A stretch of DNA of 64,000 nucleotides, from positions 190,120-254,119 of the forward strand of contig CAWDPO010000035.1 of NCBI GenBank assembly GCA_963804165.1, in the 5' to 3' direction. A model generated the notes under the pieces. It was not told the DNA's origin. It saw nothing but the letters and a program-made list of their open reading frames with translations, and did no database searches. Origin of the DNA: an uncultured delta proteobacterium (GTDB taxonomy: Bacteria > Desulfobacterota > Binatia > UBA9968). Below are positions 1 through 10,570 of the stretch, piece after piece. Within the stretch, counting starts at the first letter, position 1. Each line of letters starts with the position of its first letter. A program made the translations under genes and the position numbers.

Positions 1-81
1 GCAGCCGGATGGCTGTCTTGCGGACCTGACCGATACGGCTTCGGTCTTGTCGATGCTGGCAGGATTCTAGGAGGGAGAACC

Positions 82-1086
82 ATGCAATATCGAACGATCG
101 GCAAAACGGGACTACGGGTTTCCGAAATCGGCTTTGGCTGCGGCAACAACGCGGTCTTGATGGTCAAGTCGCCGCATGAAGATCAAGTCAAAGCGGTGCG
201 CCACGCGCTCGATGCGGGAATCAACTTCTTCGATACCGCCTTTGCGTATGGCTTGGGCAAATCGGAAGAGAATCTCGGAAAAATTCTTAACGAGCTTGGC
301 GCGCAGCCGGTCATTTCTACCAAGATCCGGCTGGAGTCTGACTCCGTCGGTGACGTCAAAGCCGCGACGATTCGCGCGGTGGAGGGCGGATTGGCCAGGC
401 TCAATCGCGATCGAGTCGATTTTGTTCAACTCCATACCCGGGTGACGCTGGAGCGCGGGACGGGAAAGCGGTTCAGCCTAACTCCGAAAGATGTGCTCGG
501 TCCGAACGGCGTCATCGAAGGATTCAAAACCATGCGCGACCGCGGCAAGGTCGGTTTCTTCGGCTTCAGCGGTCTAGGCGACCCTAAGGCGCTGCACGAG
601 TTGGTCGATAGCGGGGAATTTCATGGATTTCAGTGCTACTACAATCTGCTCAATCCGAGCGCCGGCCACGCTGTACCGTCGGCATTCAGCCCGCTGGATT
701 ACGGGCAAATCCTCGACCGCGCCGCAGATCAAGGAATGGGAGCTTTCGTTATTCGCGTTCTGGCCGCGGGCGCGCTCACTGCGGATCCGAGCGCCGGGGG
801 CGGCGGAAGCGGCCAAACGCTCTCGCCGGGGTCAGATTACCCCGTGGACCTGCAGCGCGCTGAAAAAGTGAAAACCGCGCTCGGAGTGGCCGGAAAGAAT
901 CTCACTCAAGCGGCAATTCGCTTTGCTCTGATGAATTCCAAAGTTTCCACCGTCCTCGTTGGCTTTTCGAACACGGCGCATATTGACGACGCGGTGGCGT
1001 GTTCTGGCGTGCCGGCGCTGTCTGAAGATCAGATGACAAGGATCAAGAAATTGTGGGAAGCGGATTTCGATAAATCGAACGGTTAG
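82..1086 (+). CDS. Aldo/keto reductase
   Basis: YRTIGKTGLRVSEIGFG, FDTAFAYG, ISTK and DFVQLH motifs; RBS AGGAGG upstream. Confidence 0.93.
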   Translation: MQYRTIGKTGLRVSEIGFGCGNNAVLMVKSPHEDQVKAVRHALDAGINFFDTAFAYGLGKSEENLGKILNELGAQPVISTKIRLESDSVGDVKAATIRAVEGGLARLNRDRVDFVQLHTRVTLERGTGKRFSLTPKDVLGPNGVIEGFKTMRDRGKVGFFGFSGLGDPKALHELVDSGEFHGFQCYYNLLNPSAGHAVPSAFSPLDYGQILDRAADQGMGAFVIRVLAAGALTADPSAGGGGSGQTLSPGSDYPVDLQRAEKVKTALGVAGKNLTQAAIRFALMNSKVSTVLVGFSNTAHIDDAVACSGVPALSEDQMTRIKKLWEADFDKSNG

Positions 1087-1107
1087 ATTCCAGCGCGAGG
1101 TGATGTC

Positions 1108-2223
1108 GTGACGCTATTTTTTCATTCCGACGACGTCGATCAGCTGATTCCATTCCAGGAAGCGGTTCGAATAACCGAGAGCGCGCTGCGAGATATGGTC
1201 ACCTCCGCCGGCGTCAACGCGCCGCGCAAGCGGCTCAACCTTCATCGAGACGTCGCCGAAGGCAGCTTTGATACGGTACTCAACGTGTACGCTGGTGGGT
1301 CGGCCAGCTACGGCGCAATCGGAGCGCAAGTGGCGCTGCATCGCAAGACGATCGTCGGCAACACACAGAAGCGCCCGCCGTTTAATCCGAATCAAACCGA
1401 GCTAGCACTGATCTACGACACGGACGGCGGTTCGTTGCTTGGCATCATGGCGCACCGGCCGCGGGATTTTACGGGTGTTGCAGACTTACGAACTCCGGCG
1501 ACCAGCTTGGCGGGACTGGATCTCTTCGCTCGCAAGGATGCGCGGCGCGTTGGCATTTACGGTTCCGGCCAGCAGGCGTGGGCGACATTTGCCGGGTTAT
1601 GCGAAATGCGAAAAATCGAGAGCGCCAAAGTCTATAGCCCGACGCCAGCCCATCGCGAGGGATTTGCCGGAAAGATCGGCGCCAAAACCGGCGTTCCAGT
1701 GAAACCCGTCGAATCGCCGGAGAATGCGGCAAAGGATGTCGATATTATTCTTTGCATGACGAATACGAATATCCCAGTGATTGACGGCTCTTGGCTGGAA
1801 GAAGGGCAGTATATTATTTCCGTTATCGGCAGCAACATCGAGCTAGTCAAGAGCGGCAATCTCGCCGCACCGCGGCGGGAAATCGACGACGGGACGCTTC
1901 GGCGCTGTGACTTCATTGTGGCATTGTCAAAAGCGCAAGCCATCGATTCGCAGCAGGGCGATATCTACTGGCCGGTACAAGATGGCGTGGTGACATGGGA
2001 CAAGGTTGTGGAAATTTCCGACGTGCTCGAGGCAAAGGTCAAAGGCCGAACCGACGATAAACAAATCATTCTTTACAAAAACCAGGGCGGGCAGGGCATT
2101 GTCGACATCGCGTTGGCGAAGAAGTGTTATGAGCTTGCCAAGCAGCATGGTAAAGGCTACGAGCTACGCATCGAGCCGCGCCTGAACTGGTGGGTCCAAG
2201 GGGGGCGGGCTGAGACGTGGTGA
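1108..2223 (+). CDS. Ornithine cyclodeaminase / mu-crystallin family protein
   Basis: LRTPA, GIYGSGQQA Rossmann motif, GRTDDKQIILYKNQG..IVDIA C-terminus. Confidence 0.88.
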   Translation: MTLFFHSDDVDQLIPFQEAVRITESALRDMVTSAGVNAPRKRLNLHRDVAEGSFDTVLNVYAGGSASYGAIGAQVALHRKTIVGNTQKRPPFNPNQTELALIYDTDGGSLLGIMAHRPRDFTGVADLRTPATSLAGLDLFARKDARRVGIYGSGQQAWATFAGLCEMRKIESAKVYSPTPAHREGFAGKIGAKTGVPVKPVESPENAAKDVDIILCMTNTNIPVIDGSWLEEGQYIISVIGSNIELVKSGNLAAPRREIDDGTLRRCDFIVALSKAQAIDSQQGDIYWPVQDGVVTWDKVVEISDVLEAKVKGRTDDKQIILYKNQGGQGIVDIALAKKCYELAKQHGKGYELRIEPRLNWWVQGGRAETW

Positions 2224-2254
2224 TCGTTTCCTCAAATAGGAGCCGGATTTATTC

Positions 2255-2284
2255 GTTCAAGAGTTCAGTGGTTCAATCGTTAAA
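2255..2284. repeat. Periodic GTTCAA-type short direct repeats (intergenic)
   Basis: gttcaaga gttcagtg gttcaatc gttaaa, ~8-nt period. Confidence 0.5.
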
Positions 2285-2317
2285 AGACTTGGCTCCAGGG
2301 CGAAAGCGGAGGGTGAT

Positions 2318-3388
2318 ATGCTGAATGCAAGCGAAACGTTCAAAGGTGGATTCATGTTAATCGCTCTTTTTGCGTTTCAACTCGTAAGTGGTCTGGCGGC
2401 GACAGCCGTTTATTCTCAAGCCGAGCCCTTCTACAAAGGCAAACAGATTCGCATCATCACCGGTGCCACGGCGGGCGGTTTTTACGACCGGTGGGCGCGG
2501 CTTTTAGCGCGCACGATGCCCAAGTACATCCCCGGTCAGCCGGACATCATCGTGCAGAATATGCCCGGCGGCGGCTCGTTGGTCGCGGCCAATTACGTTT
2601 ATGGCGTCGCCAAACCCGACGGGCTGACCACGGTCATGCCTAACAGCAACGTTTATCTGGAGCAATTGTCGGGTCATAAAGAAGTCCGATTCGATTTGCG
2701 CAAGTTTCCGATCATCGGATCGCAGGAAAAAAACTACATGCTGCTCTATATGAGGGCTGACGCGCCGTACAAAACGATCGGCGACATTATCAAAGCGAAG
2801 GAGCCGCCGAAATGCGGCAGCACCGGCGTCGGCAGCGCCGGATATATTCTCGATCGAGTCATGGAGATCGCCTTGGGCGCGAAGATCAACACGGTCATGG
2901 GTTATCCGGGCGGCAATGAGATCGATTTGGCCGTGGAGAAGGGCGAAGTCCATTGCCGCGGCAACACGATCTTGCCGCATTTTGGACGAGAGCCGTTCGA
3001 TACCTGGCACAAGAAAGGCTTCGATCGTCACTTGATTCAATCCGGGCGTAAGCGCGACCCGGTGGTGGCCGAAGCGCCAACGATCTACGAGCTGATGGAT
3101 CAAGTTAAGACGACGGAGTCGAATCGTCGCTTGGCGAACGTTTTGCTCAGCGGCGCCGAGTTTGGCCGCTTCATGCTCGTTACTCCCGGAACGCCGCCGG
3201 ACAGAGTGAAGATGCTGCGCGAAGCTTATGCAAAATCAATGAAGGATCCGGAACTCATCGCCGAAGCCAAGAAAGGGCGGATGGATATGGACCCGTCGAC
3301 CGGGGAAGAGTTGCAGGCGCTGGTCCAAGAGATCATGGACCAGCCGTCGGATGTGATTGAGCGGATGAAAAAAATATTGTCGGAGTGA
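2318..3388 (+). CDS. Tripartite tricarboxylate transporter substrate-binding protein (TctC/Bug family)
   Basis: Signal peptide, FYKGK, IIVQNMPGGGS, AKPDGLT, PPDRVKMLREA; start could be the later Met. Confidence 0.92.
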   Translation: MLNASETFKGGFMLIALFAFQLVSGLAATAVYSQAEPFYKGKQIRIITGATAGGFYDRWARLLARTMPKYIPGQPDIIVQNMPGGGSLVAANYVYGVAKPDGLTTVMPNSNVYLEQLSGHKEVRFDLRKFPIIGSQEKNYMLLYMRADAPYKTIGDIIKAKEPPKCGSTGVGSAGYILDRVMEIALGAKINTVMGYPGGNEIDLAVEKGEVHCRGNTILPHFGREPFDTWHKKGFDRHLIQSGRKRDPVVAEAPTIYELMDQVKTTESNRRLANVLLSGAEFGRFMLVTPGTPPDRVKMLREAYAKSMKDPELIAEAKKGRMDMDPSTGEELQALVQEIMDQPSDVIERMKKILSE

Positions 3389-4446
3389 ATTGGACCAGGA
3401 AGGGGAGGCTATCGATGTTCAATACGATGATCATTGCGATCCTAATGTTCTTGGTGACGCCGTCTGTCGGGCAGGCCCAAGCTCCGTATTATCAAGGGAA
3501 GACCATAACGATCATTGTCGGCACCGGGGCAGGCGATCTCTACGATCTTTATGCACGTGCGATCGGTTTGTACATGGGCCGCTACCTCCCAGGCAACCCG
3601 AACGTCATTGTGCAAAACATGCCGGGTGCGGGCCACATGATCGCGGCAAATTATATTTACACGGTGGCAAAACCGGACGGCTTAACGCTCGGAGCGATCA
3701 ACGCAGGTCTCTATTTCGAGCAGTTGGTAGGGCGCGCAGAGGTCAAATTCGACTGGCCGCAATACACCTGGGTGGGCAACGCGACCAAATCGCCGCAAGT
3801 CCTCTACATGCGCGCGGATAGCCCATTTAAGTCTATCGAAGACGTGCGCAGCGCGAAGGAGCCGCCCAAGTGCGGCACCACGGGCACGGGAAACATGGGG
3901 TATCTCGTGCCAAAACTTTTGGAAGAAACGGTGGCCGCGAAATTCAACGTGATTTCCGGCTACCAGGGCGGTAACGAAATCGATCTTGCCGTGGAACGTG
4001 GCGAGATCCAGTGCCGATCTCTCAGCACCGAGGCGTATTTTTCCCGGGAGCCGTTTCACACCTGGCGCAAAAATGGTTTTTCCAGGGAGCTGGTTCAAGG
4101 CGGAAGAACAAGGATCGAGACGCTCGCCAATGTACCGACGATTTACGAACTGATGGACAAATACAAAACGCCCGACACAGGCCGGCGTTTGGCAAGCACC
4201 CTTCTTGCCTCCGGGGACTTTCACCGGCCCTATCTTGCGCCGCCCAAGATCCGTCCCGAACTTGTTAAAACGCTGCGCGAGGCTTTTAGCAAAACCATGA
4301 AAGATCCGGATTTTCTGGCCGAGACCAAGAAGAAAAAGCTCGATATCGATCCGACGACCGGGGAGGAGGTCGAGGCTTTAACCAAAGAAGTGATGTCCCA
4401 GCCCAAAGACGTGATCGAGCGGCTGAAAAAAATGATGGGAAAATAG
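3385..4446 (+). CDS. TctC/Bug family substrate-binding protein
   Basis: YYQGKTI, VQNMPGAG, AKPDGLT; likely start at the Met after GGAGG (~3415). Confidence 0.92.
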   Translation: MNWTRKGRLSMFNTMIIAILMFLVTPSVGQAQAPYYQGKTITIIVGTGAGDLYDLYARAIGLYMGRYLPGNPNVIVQNMPGAGHMIAANYIYTVAKPDGLTLGAINAGLYFEQLVGRAEVKFDWPQYTWVGNATKSPQVLYMRADSPFKSIEDVRSAKEPPKCGTTGTGNMGYLVPKLLEETVAAKFNVISGYQGGNEIDLAVERGEIQCRSLSTEAYFSREPFHTWRKNGFSRELVQGGRTRIETLANVPTIYELMDKYKTPDTGRRLASTLLASGDFHRPYLAPPKIRPELVKTLREAFSKTMKDPDFLAETKKKKLDIDPTTGEEVEALTKEVMSQPKDVIERLKKMMGK

Positions 4447-4541
4447 CGTCGTCGCGCCTACTGAACAGTTCATACGCGACGCTACGCTGCTGCATGGATT
4501 AGCGGCAGCGTGCGACAGAAGAAGTTTTCGGATCCTGCCGT

Positions 4542-5555
4542 CTAAGGCACGGGACAGGATGGCGTTGCGCGCTTGATCTGTGGGATGACTTCTTCGCCAA
4601 AGCGCTGAATCGATTCAAGAGTAAATTTTGGGTCCATTCCCGGCCAGTCCACCATGAACCACATGAACTCGGCGCCGAATTCTTCGTGATAGGCCATCAC
4701 CTGCTCAGCCACTTCGGCGGGACTTCCAAGTATGAGTCGGTCCTGCTTCAGCTCGTCGAACGGCAGATCGTAGCGTTCTCCGGGTTGTCCCTCTTGTTGG
4801 TAACGTTGATAGCGTTGCTCGTAAGCGCCTCTAACGCGATTTTCCGCTTCCTTGAAGCTATCAGCGATGCATAGGTCGCGGAAGATAAAGAGGCCTTTGA
4901 ACGTTTTTCCGTTTCGTTCGAGCGCCGCTTTGTAAGCCGGGACGGCTTCGCGTAGAAACACTTTGGAATGACGTCGACTGGCGATCCAGTGATCCGCGAC
5001 GGCCGGCACCTGAGCAACGGTTCTTAACGTGTCCGCGCCCATGAGAATCGGCGGTCTCGGCCGCTGGAGCGGTTTTGGCGCGATGGTGACTCCATCGAGC
5101 TTAAAAAATCGGCCGTCAAAAGTAACCTTGTCTTCTGACCAGAGTTTTTGGATAACCTCAAGTGCTTCGACCAAGCGAGCTTTACGGTGTCGTTTTTCGA
5201 TTCCGAAAGCGTTGAATTCTGCTTCTCTATAGCCCTGTCCCACGCCGAAGAGAAATTTGCCGCCGGATAAATTGTCGATCGTCGAAGTATATTCCGCGAC
5301 CATGACGGGTGGATGGAGAGGGAGGAGGAAAATCGACGTTCCAAGATACATCCCCGGCACCTGGCCGGCCAAATATGACAACAGGGGAAGGGACTGTAAA
5401 ATTGCCGAATCCGGACCGGTTGCATAATGTTGCGCGACGAACAGACCTTCGAAGTTGTTCTTATAGGCCACCTGGGCCCGCAGGGACACCTGCTGGCACG
5501 CTACAACAGGATTTAATACCGCCGGATAGCTGCCGAACTCAATTCCGAAACGCAT
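4542..5555 (-). CDS. LLM-class flavin-dependent oxidoreductase (luciferase-like)
   Basis: AQHY, LLPLHPPVMVAE, GQGYREAEF, PKPLQRPRPPILMG, LILGSPAEVAE. Confidence 0.92.
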   Translation of the reverse strand: MRFGIEFGSYPAVLNPVVACQQVSLRAQVAYKNNFEGLFVAQHYATGPDSAILQSLPLLSYLAGQVPGMYLGTSIFLLPLHPPVMVAEYTSTIDNLSGGKFLFGVGQGYREAEFNAFGIEKRHRKARLVEALEVIQKLWSEDKVTFDGRFFKLDGVTIAPKPLQRPRPPILMGADTLRTVAQVPAVADHWIASRRHSKVFLREAVPAYKAALERNGKTFKGLFIFRDLCIADSFKEAENRVRGAYEQRYQRYQQEGQPGERYDLPFDELKQDRLILGSPAEVAEQVMAYHEEFGAEFMWFMVDWPGMDPKFTLESIQRFGEEVIPQIKRATPSCPVP

Positions 5556-5898
5556 GAGTAATGCTTCTCCTTGAAATGAAAAACCAACTGCCTACCCCTT
5601 TTATCATTTCTATCTTATCAACAGAAATGTCTCCGATTTTGCAGCAAGGTATCGCGGAAACTCCGCAACGCGTACGACTTTCATCATGAACGCGTCAAGA
5701 AAGGCCAATCTTGGTCTCTGGATGTACTGGTTCGGACCAATTTTGACGGGTTTGAGCGGGGATTGAACAAACTTCGCATTGAAAATAGCAGAACGCCCAT
5801 CCCCTTATCCGCCATTACGGGACAAATTAGATAGTTTTGGAATGGTTTTATGATCGCTTGCGAGCACATGGCAAGCTGGTGCCTGCTGTGCTCCACGG

Positions 5899-5914
5899 TG
5901 GTTTGGGAATTGCT
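5899..5914 (+). promoter_or_regulatory. Putative sigma54 (-24/-12) promoter upstream of CBS gene
   Basis: TGGTTTGGGAATTGCT: GG-N10-GC spacing, ~55 nt before the CBS gene. Confidence 0.45.
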
Positions 5915-5968
5915 TTATAGAACTCGACTAACCCTTTTTCAGGCGGTGCAAAACGCAGCTTTTCAGGA

Positions 5969-6454
5969 GTGAATCAGATGTATCAGAACCTTAATGACAA
6001 AACGTCGAATTCCGAAACTACACACGAACTTTCCTTGGTGATCGGTCCCACTGAAGTGGCCGATGTCATGACTGGAAAAGTCGTTACGCTCAGCCCGCAC
6101 CATAGTTTCAATGATGCGGCCAATCTCATGAATGACCGTTATTTCCGCCATTGTGTTGTGGTCGACAACCAGAGCAAAGTCGTCGGCGTAATCTCAGATC
6201 GCGATATTCTGCGGGCCCTGGCAAGGAACCCCAACTCGCGCTCCAAGTCCCTCGATCAAATCATGACGCACAACCCGATTACGGTTAAACGCCACACGCC
6301 TATCATCGATGCGGTCTCGAAGATTGTGTCCAAACGCATCAACTGTCTTCCCGTCGTCGAGGATGACGGAAGCGTTTGCGGAATTGTCACTTCGACCGAT
6401 TTGCTCAAATCCTACCAGAAACTTATCGAGTTGGTGCAAAAGCAAGCTCGTTAA
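5969..6454 (+). CDS. CBS-domain pair protein
   Basis: VADVMT..VVTL, VGVISDRDIL, IMTHNPITV, LPVV..GIVTSTDLL. Confidence 0.9.
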   Translation: MNQMYQNLNDKTSNSETTHELSLVIGPTEVADVMTGKVVTLSPHHSFNDAANLMNDRYFRHCVVVDNQSKVVGVISDRDILRALARNPNSRSKSLDQIMTHNPITVKRHTPIIDAVSKIVSKRINCLPVVEDDGSVCGIVTSTDLLKSYQKLIELVQKQAR

Positions 6455-6522
6455 GCGCTCGTGTGAGTCCTGGTCCCGGTTGATCAGTAGGCGCCGGCGC
6501 GCCTATGTTGGGGTTGGGTTGC

Positions 6523-6747
6523 ATGTCGCTTAAAATCGTGGTCTCGGTAAAGCCCAACGCCAAAAAGGCCGAAGTCATCAAGCTCTCGGATGGTCAATAT
6601 CGCATAGCGGTGCGGTCCCCCGCGCAAGACGGCAAAGCCAACCAAGCGATTATCGATCTCCTCGCCGATTACTTAGGCGTCACCAAATCCGCGGTTAAAA
6701 TAATTCGCGGTCATTCTTCCCGCCACAAACTTCTCGAAATCGGGTGA
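6523..6747 (+). CDS. DUF167 (YggU/UPF0235) family protein
   Basis: VKPNAKK, PAQDGKAN, IIRGHSSRHKLLEI. Confidence 0.88.
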   Translation: MSLKIVVSVKPNAKKAEVIKLSDGQYRIAVRSPAQDGKANQAIIDLLADYLGVTKSAVKIIRGHSSRHKLLEIG

Positions 6748-6895
6748 CCCCTGGCGAAGGAGGATCTTCTAACGTACTGGTTCTTTCTCGCTGTCCTAGG
6801 GTTGTCGCCTAGCTGACGGAGTTTCGACAAAGCCGTTTGCAGCCGCGAAAAATTCAGCATATGGATCTGAGTTGATCATCGTTAATGGCGGGCCT

Positions 6896-8104
6896 ATGTC
6901 GAAAGTCGAAAACGTTCAAACGCTGTCAACGCCGGTTGCGCTTTGGGGAAGGTTGGCGGCGAACTCCACTGCGCACATGACCGAGCATCTTTTCAACGGC
7001 GTGATCGTCGTGGTGTTGCCGATCCTCACAACTTCATTGGGTTTGACCTTGGCCCAAGCGGGGGCGCTCGCCTCGGCGCGAACTCTTCTAGCCGGAGTCG
7101 CGAGCTTTCCATCGGGATTCTTTGCCGATCTTGCCAGCCAACGCAACGTGATGCTGGGCCTGTGCATCGCCGCGATCGGTTTAGCCAGTTTCGGTTTAAG
7201 CGCCTCGTCGAGTTTTCCCATGCTGATGGTTTTTATGGGCCTCGCGGGATTCGGCGGCGGATGGTTTCATCCTCAGTCGTTGGCGATCTTGTCGGCGAAG
7301 TACAGAGAAAAAAAGGCATTTGCGTTAGGCGTCCATGATAGCAGCGCCAATTTGGGTGAAGTCATTGGACCCTTGGCAATTGGTCTATTGGTCAACTTTT
7401 TTGACTGGCGTACGGCGTTACAAGTCTGGGCCATCCCGGGATTGCTGATCGGCGTTACCTATGCGTTTTGCGGCGGAGAGGGAATTTCTGCAGTGCCTCG
7501 CGCCAAAGACTACCGGCGGGCAGTGTGGGAGGATGTCCTCAAGAACAAAACTATCTTCGGTTTGGTGGTTGTGTCTACGCTCCGCGCCATGGGGCAGACG
7601 GCGCTCGCCGCTTTCTTGCCGCTGTATCTCGTGCTGCACTTGCAGCTTTCCGCGGGCTCCGCGGGAGCTTACATGTCGATCCTTTTTCTTTTTGCGGGCA
7701 TGGCGCCGGCGGTCGTCGGCTGGATCTCGGATCGCTTTGGGCACAAGTTGTTAATCGTAGGATTTTCCTTTTTGAGCTTCGTCACGATCGCAGCAATCCC
7801 CCATCTCGGCTCGGGGCTAATCCTAGCCGTCGGACTGGGCGCGCTCGGAGCTCTGCTTTGGGCTTTGCGCCCGGTGATCGTTTCCGCCGCCATGTCAGCT
7901 GCTCCGCAGCACCTCGCCGGCAGTATCGTCGCCGTTATTTACGGTGCAAATATGGGAGTCTCGTTTCTCGCGCCGGTTGCAGCCGGGTTGATCGCCGATC
8001 GCTACGGCTTACCTGTCGCGCTGACTTCGATTGCCGTTTTTCCGCTTCTTGCCGCCACGATTTGCATTCTCATTGTCGCGCCGCCGGCCCGGCAGAATAA
8101 ATAA
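6896..8104 (+). CDS. MFS transporter
   Basis: About 12 hydrophobic segments; GFFADL and GWISDRFG motif A; FHPQS. Confidence 0.9.
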   Translation: MSKVENVQTLSTPVALWGRLAANSTAHMTEHLFNGVIVVVLPILTTSLGLTLAQAGALASARTLLAGVASFPSGFFADLASQRNVMLGLCIAAIGLASFGLSASSSFPMLMVFMGLAGFGGGWFHPQSLAILSAKYREKKAFALGVHDSSANLGEVIGPLAIGLLVNFFDWRTALQVWAIPGLLIGVTYAFCGGEGISAVPRAKDYRRAVWEDVLKNKTIFGLVVVSTLRAMGQTALAAFLPLYLVLHLQLSAGSAGAYMSILFLFAGMAPAVVGWISDRFGHKLLIVGFSFLSFVTIAAIPHLGSGLILAVGLGALGALLWALRPVIVSAAMSAAPQHLAGSIVAVIYGANMGVSFLAPVAAGLIADRYGLPVALTSIAVFPLLAATICILIVAPPARQNK

Positions 8105-8220
8105 TCTCGGCGGAGCCGAGTAGCCGGGCTAGAAAACATCTTTTAGGTAGAGCCGCTGAAATCTTGTTGCGAAGGCGCGCGGTGGAAGGTAATTCGCTTT
8201 GCGCCAATTAAAAATGCGGG

Positions 8221-9651
8221 CTACCGGCGCCGCTTTCGACTAAGTTTGCGCTCGGGCTTGCCGTCCTTGGCTTGCTCGATAGTTTCACCGCTTGACGCAT
8301 CCAGTTTGGGTTGGACATTGTCGTTGATCCATTTTTGATCCCACCATTCGACCGGTAAGACCGGCAGGCCGTGAAGGTAGACGCCGAAATGCAGGTGATC
8401 TCCCACGGCGAGGCCGGTTTCACCGGTTTTGCCGATGGCCTGGTGCTGTTTGATCTGATCTCCCACTTTAACATCGACGGAGCTCAGATGAGAGTAAAGC
8501 GTGAAAAGACCCAGGCCGTGATCGATGATCACCGTATTGCCGTAGATTCCAAGATCGCCAACGAAGGCAATCACGCCGCTGTTGGCCGCCTCCGCCGCGT
8601 AATGTTTTGTCACCGATAAGTCATAGCCGACGTGATACGCCGTATCGATCGCTTCGTTGTTATAGATGTAAGTGCGCGCGTCCGCGAAGTTCGCCTCGAC
8701 TTTTGAATTCGTGAGCTGGCTAAACGCGCCATGCCAAAGAATGGACGGAGTCGATTTTTCGGTGATCGAACGGATTTTGTCCTCGTTCTCTTTTCGCAGT
8801 TCTTTGTTCACTTTGACGAAGATGTCTTTGGGTTTCCCTTGGCGCGCTCCCACGTCATTCAACAAGGGCGCGACCTTGTGCTGGATGAAATCGTCGGTGA
8901 TCTGGATCGTGCTCTTCTTGTATTTTACGTTCTTGAGCTCGTAGACGAGTTTCATTTCCCGCGTATTACCGGCCTTGTCCGTGGCCACGAGCGCAGCCTT
9001 TTCAGTTTCCGCTACGTTGTAGGGGTGCGCGAAAAATGCCAGGTAATGGTCCGGGTGTTCCTTAATCTGGCCTTTGTAGCCCGGGAAAAAATAATTGCCG
9101 ATCTTGACGCCGCTTGTGATCGCGTCGGCCGAAGGCCTGTATACAATCGCGCCGACGCCGCCGAAATTGACGTAGCGGTCGTCGGCGATGAGCTCGAGCG
9201 AAGGGGGAGTGATGTCGATGGTCAGGTTTTTTTGAACGACGGACTCATTGCCGCGAAAAAAATTCCACAAGGACCGATCGCGCGCGGTAACGCGCAATAC
9301 CGCGGGACCTTCCTTCAGTCCCGTGAGCTTGGACGATAAAGCGACGGCAAGTTTTTTTTGCATCAATGGCTGATCATATTGTTCCGCGGCGAGTGAGTAC
9401 TCGGTTCCGCCGGAGCTCAGGACTGCCGCGAAGGATTTTAGGCCCGTCCCTTGCTCGGTGACTTCGATCTGCAGCGGCGCGAGCCCTACAGTATCGGTGT
9501 CCGGAGTGATCTTTATCTCTGGCCGGCGCCATTCGAAACGCGGCACCAGGACGTATCCGCCGGCGATGACAAGGACGATCAGGACAAGGTAGACAAGGCC
9601 GCGCCCCGGTACAAACCGTCGTCTGGGCTTACCAAATTCAAGCGCGCTCAT
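8221..9651 (-). CDS. M23 family metallopeptidase with N-terminal membrane anchor
   Basis: HVGYD, YGNTVIIDHG, LYSHL, GDHLHF. Confidence 0.92.
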   Translation of the reverse strand: MSALEFGKPRRRFVPGRGLVYLVLIVLVIAGGYVLVPRFEWRRPEIKITPDTDTVGLAPLQIEVTEQGTGLKSFAAVLSSGGTEYSLAAEQYDQPLMQKKLAVALSSKLTGLKEGPAVLRVTARDRSLWNFFRGNESVVQKNLTIDITPPSLELIADDRYVNFGGVGAIVYRPSADAITSGVKIGNYFFPGYKGQIKEHPDHYLAFFAHPYNVAETEKAALVATDKAGNTREMKLVYELKNVKYKKSTIQITDDFIQHKVAPLLNDVGARQGKPKDIFVKVNKELRKENEDKIRSITEKSTPSILWHGAFSQLTNSKVEANFADARTYIYNNEAIDTAYHVGYDLSVTKHYAAEAANSGVIAFVGDLGIYGNTVIIDHGLGLFTLYSHLSSVDVKVGDQIKQHQAIGKTGETGLAVGDHLHFGVYLHGLPVLPVEWWDQKWINDNVQPKLDASSGETIEQAKDGKPERKLSRKRRR

Positions 9652-9813
9652 GATTTAAATGAATTAAGAATACGATTGGGGAATAGCTCCGGCGCTAGAA
9701 TAAACGCGGGTTGCAGTGATGTCAACAAAACTCGGTTACAACCGCGTGTGGGAAACAGAAAATTTCAGAGTTTCTAGACGTTCCAACCGTCAGGTGAACG
9801 TTGCGCGAGCTCG

Positions 9814-10506
9814 TTAGAGCATACCTTTATCGCTAAAGCTAAAGAAGCGATCGCGACCGATGACCACGTGATCGAGAACCCGCACCCCCATCACCTCGCC
9901 GACTTCTTTCAGGCGCCTGGTGATGTCGATGTCTTCCGGGCTCGGCGCCGGATCGCCGCTCGGATGATTATGCACAAAAATCACGGCGGCGGCGGAGTCG
10001 CGGATCACCGGATTGTACACCTCGCGCGGGTGAACCAGAGAAGCCGTGAGCGAGCCCTCGGAAATTTTCACGTCGCGAATCTTGCGGTTTTTATTGTTGA
10101 GCAGCACCACGTAGAAAAGCTCGCGCTTTTCAGCTCCGAGACTATCGCGAAAGTGATGATAGACGTCTTCGGCGGAACGGAGCGGCTGGCCGGTTTCCCA
10201 TTTCTGGCTGCCGACGCGCCGGGCGATTTCCAGACAGGCCTTGAGCTGGGCCACTTTGGCCGGGCCGATGCCCTTTACTTTGCCGAGCTCGCCGGACGAG
10301 GCTTCATCAATGCCTTTGAGCCCGCCAAATTGACTAAGCAGCAGGCGCGCATGGTCGATGGCGCTTTCACCGGTGCTGCCGTTGCCGTTTCTTAAGATAA
10401 TCGCCAGGAGCTCGGTTTCACTCAGCGATTGCGCGCCTCGCGCGAGCAGTTTTTCTCTCGGCCGATCTTCCTCGGGCCAGTCTTTGATTGTTTGGTATGA
10501 AGCCAT
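9814..10506 (-). CDS. radC: RadC / JAB-domain protein
   Basis: RPREKL, GIGPAK HhH, VHPREV, HNHPSGDPAPSPED, LDHVVIG. Confidence 0.95.
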   Translation of the reverse strand: MASYQTIKDWPEEDRPREKLLARGAQSLSETELLAIILRNGNGSTGESAIDHARLLLSQFGGLKGIDEASSGELGKVKGIGPAKVAQLKACLEIARRVGSQKWETGQPLRSAEDVYHHFRDSLGAEKRELFYVVLLNNKNRKIRDVKISEGSLTASLVHPREVYNPVIRDSAAAVIFVHNHPSGDPAPSPEDIDITRRLKEVGEVMGVRVLDHVVIGRDRFFSFSDKGML

Positions 10507-10570
10507 ACGCCTTGGTATTGAGGCAATCCGCGACCCAGCCGAGGAATCCGTCTACCACAGGGCGCGCTGT

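Noticed and set aside
9814-10506. radC as a mobile-element marker
   Set aside because: Full-length chromosomal type with HhH, located among housekeeping genes.
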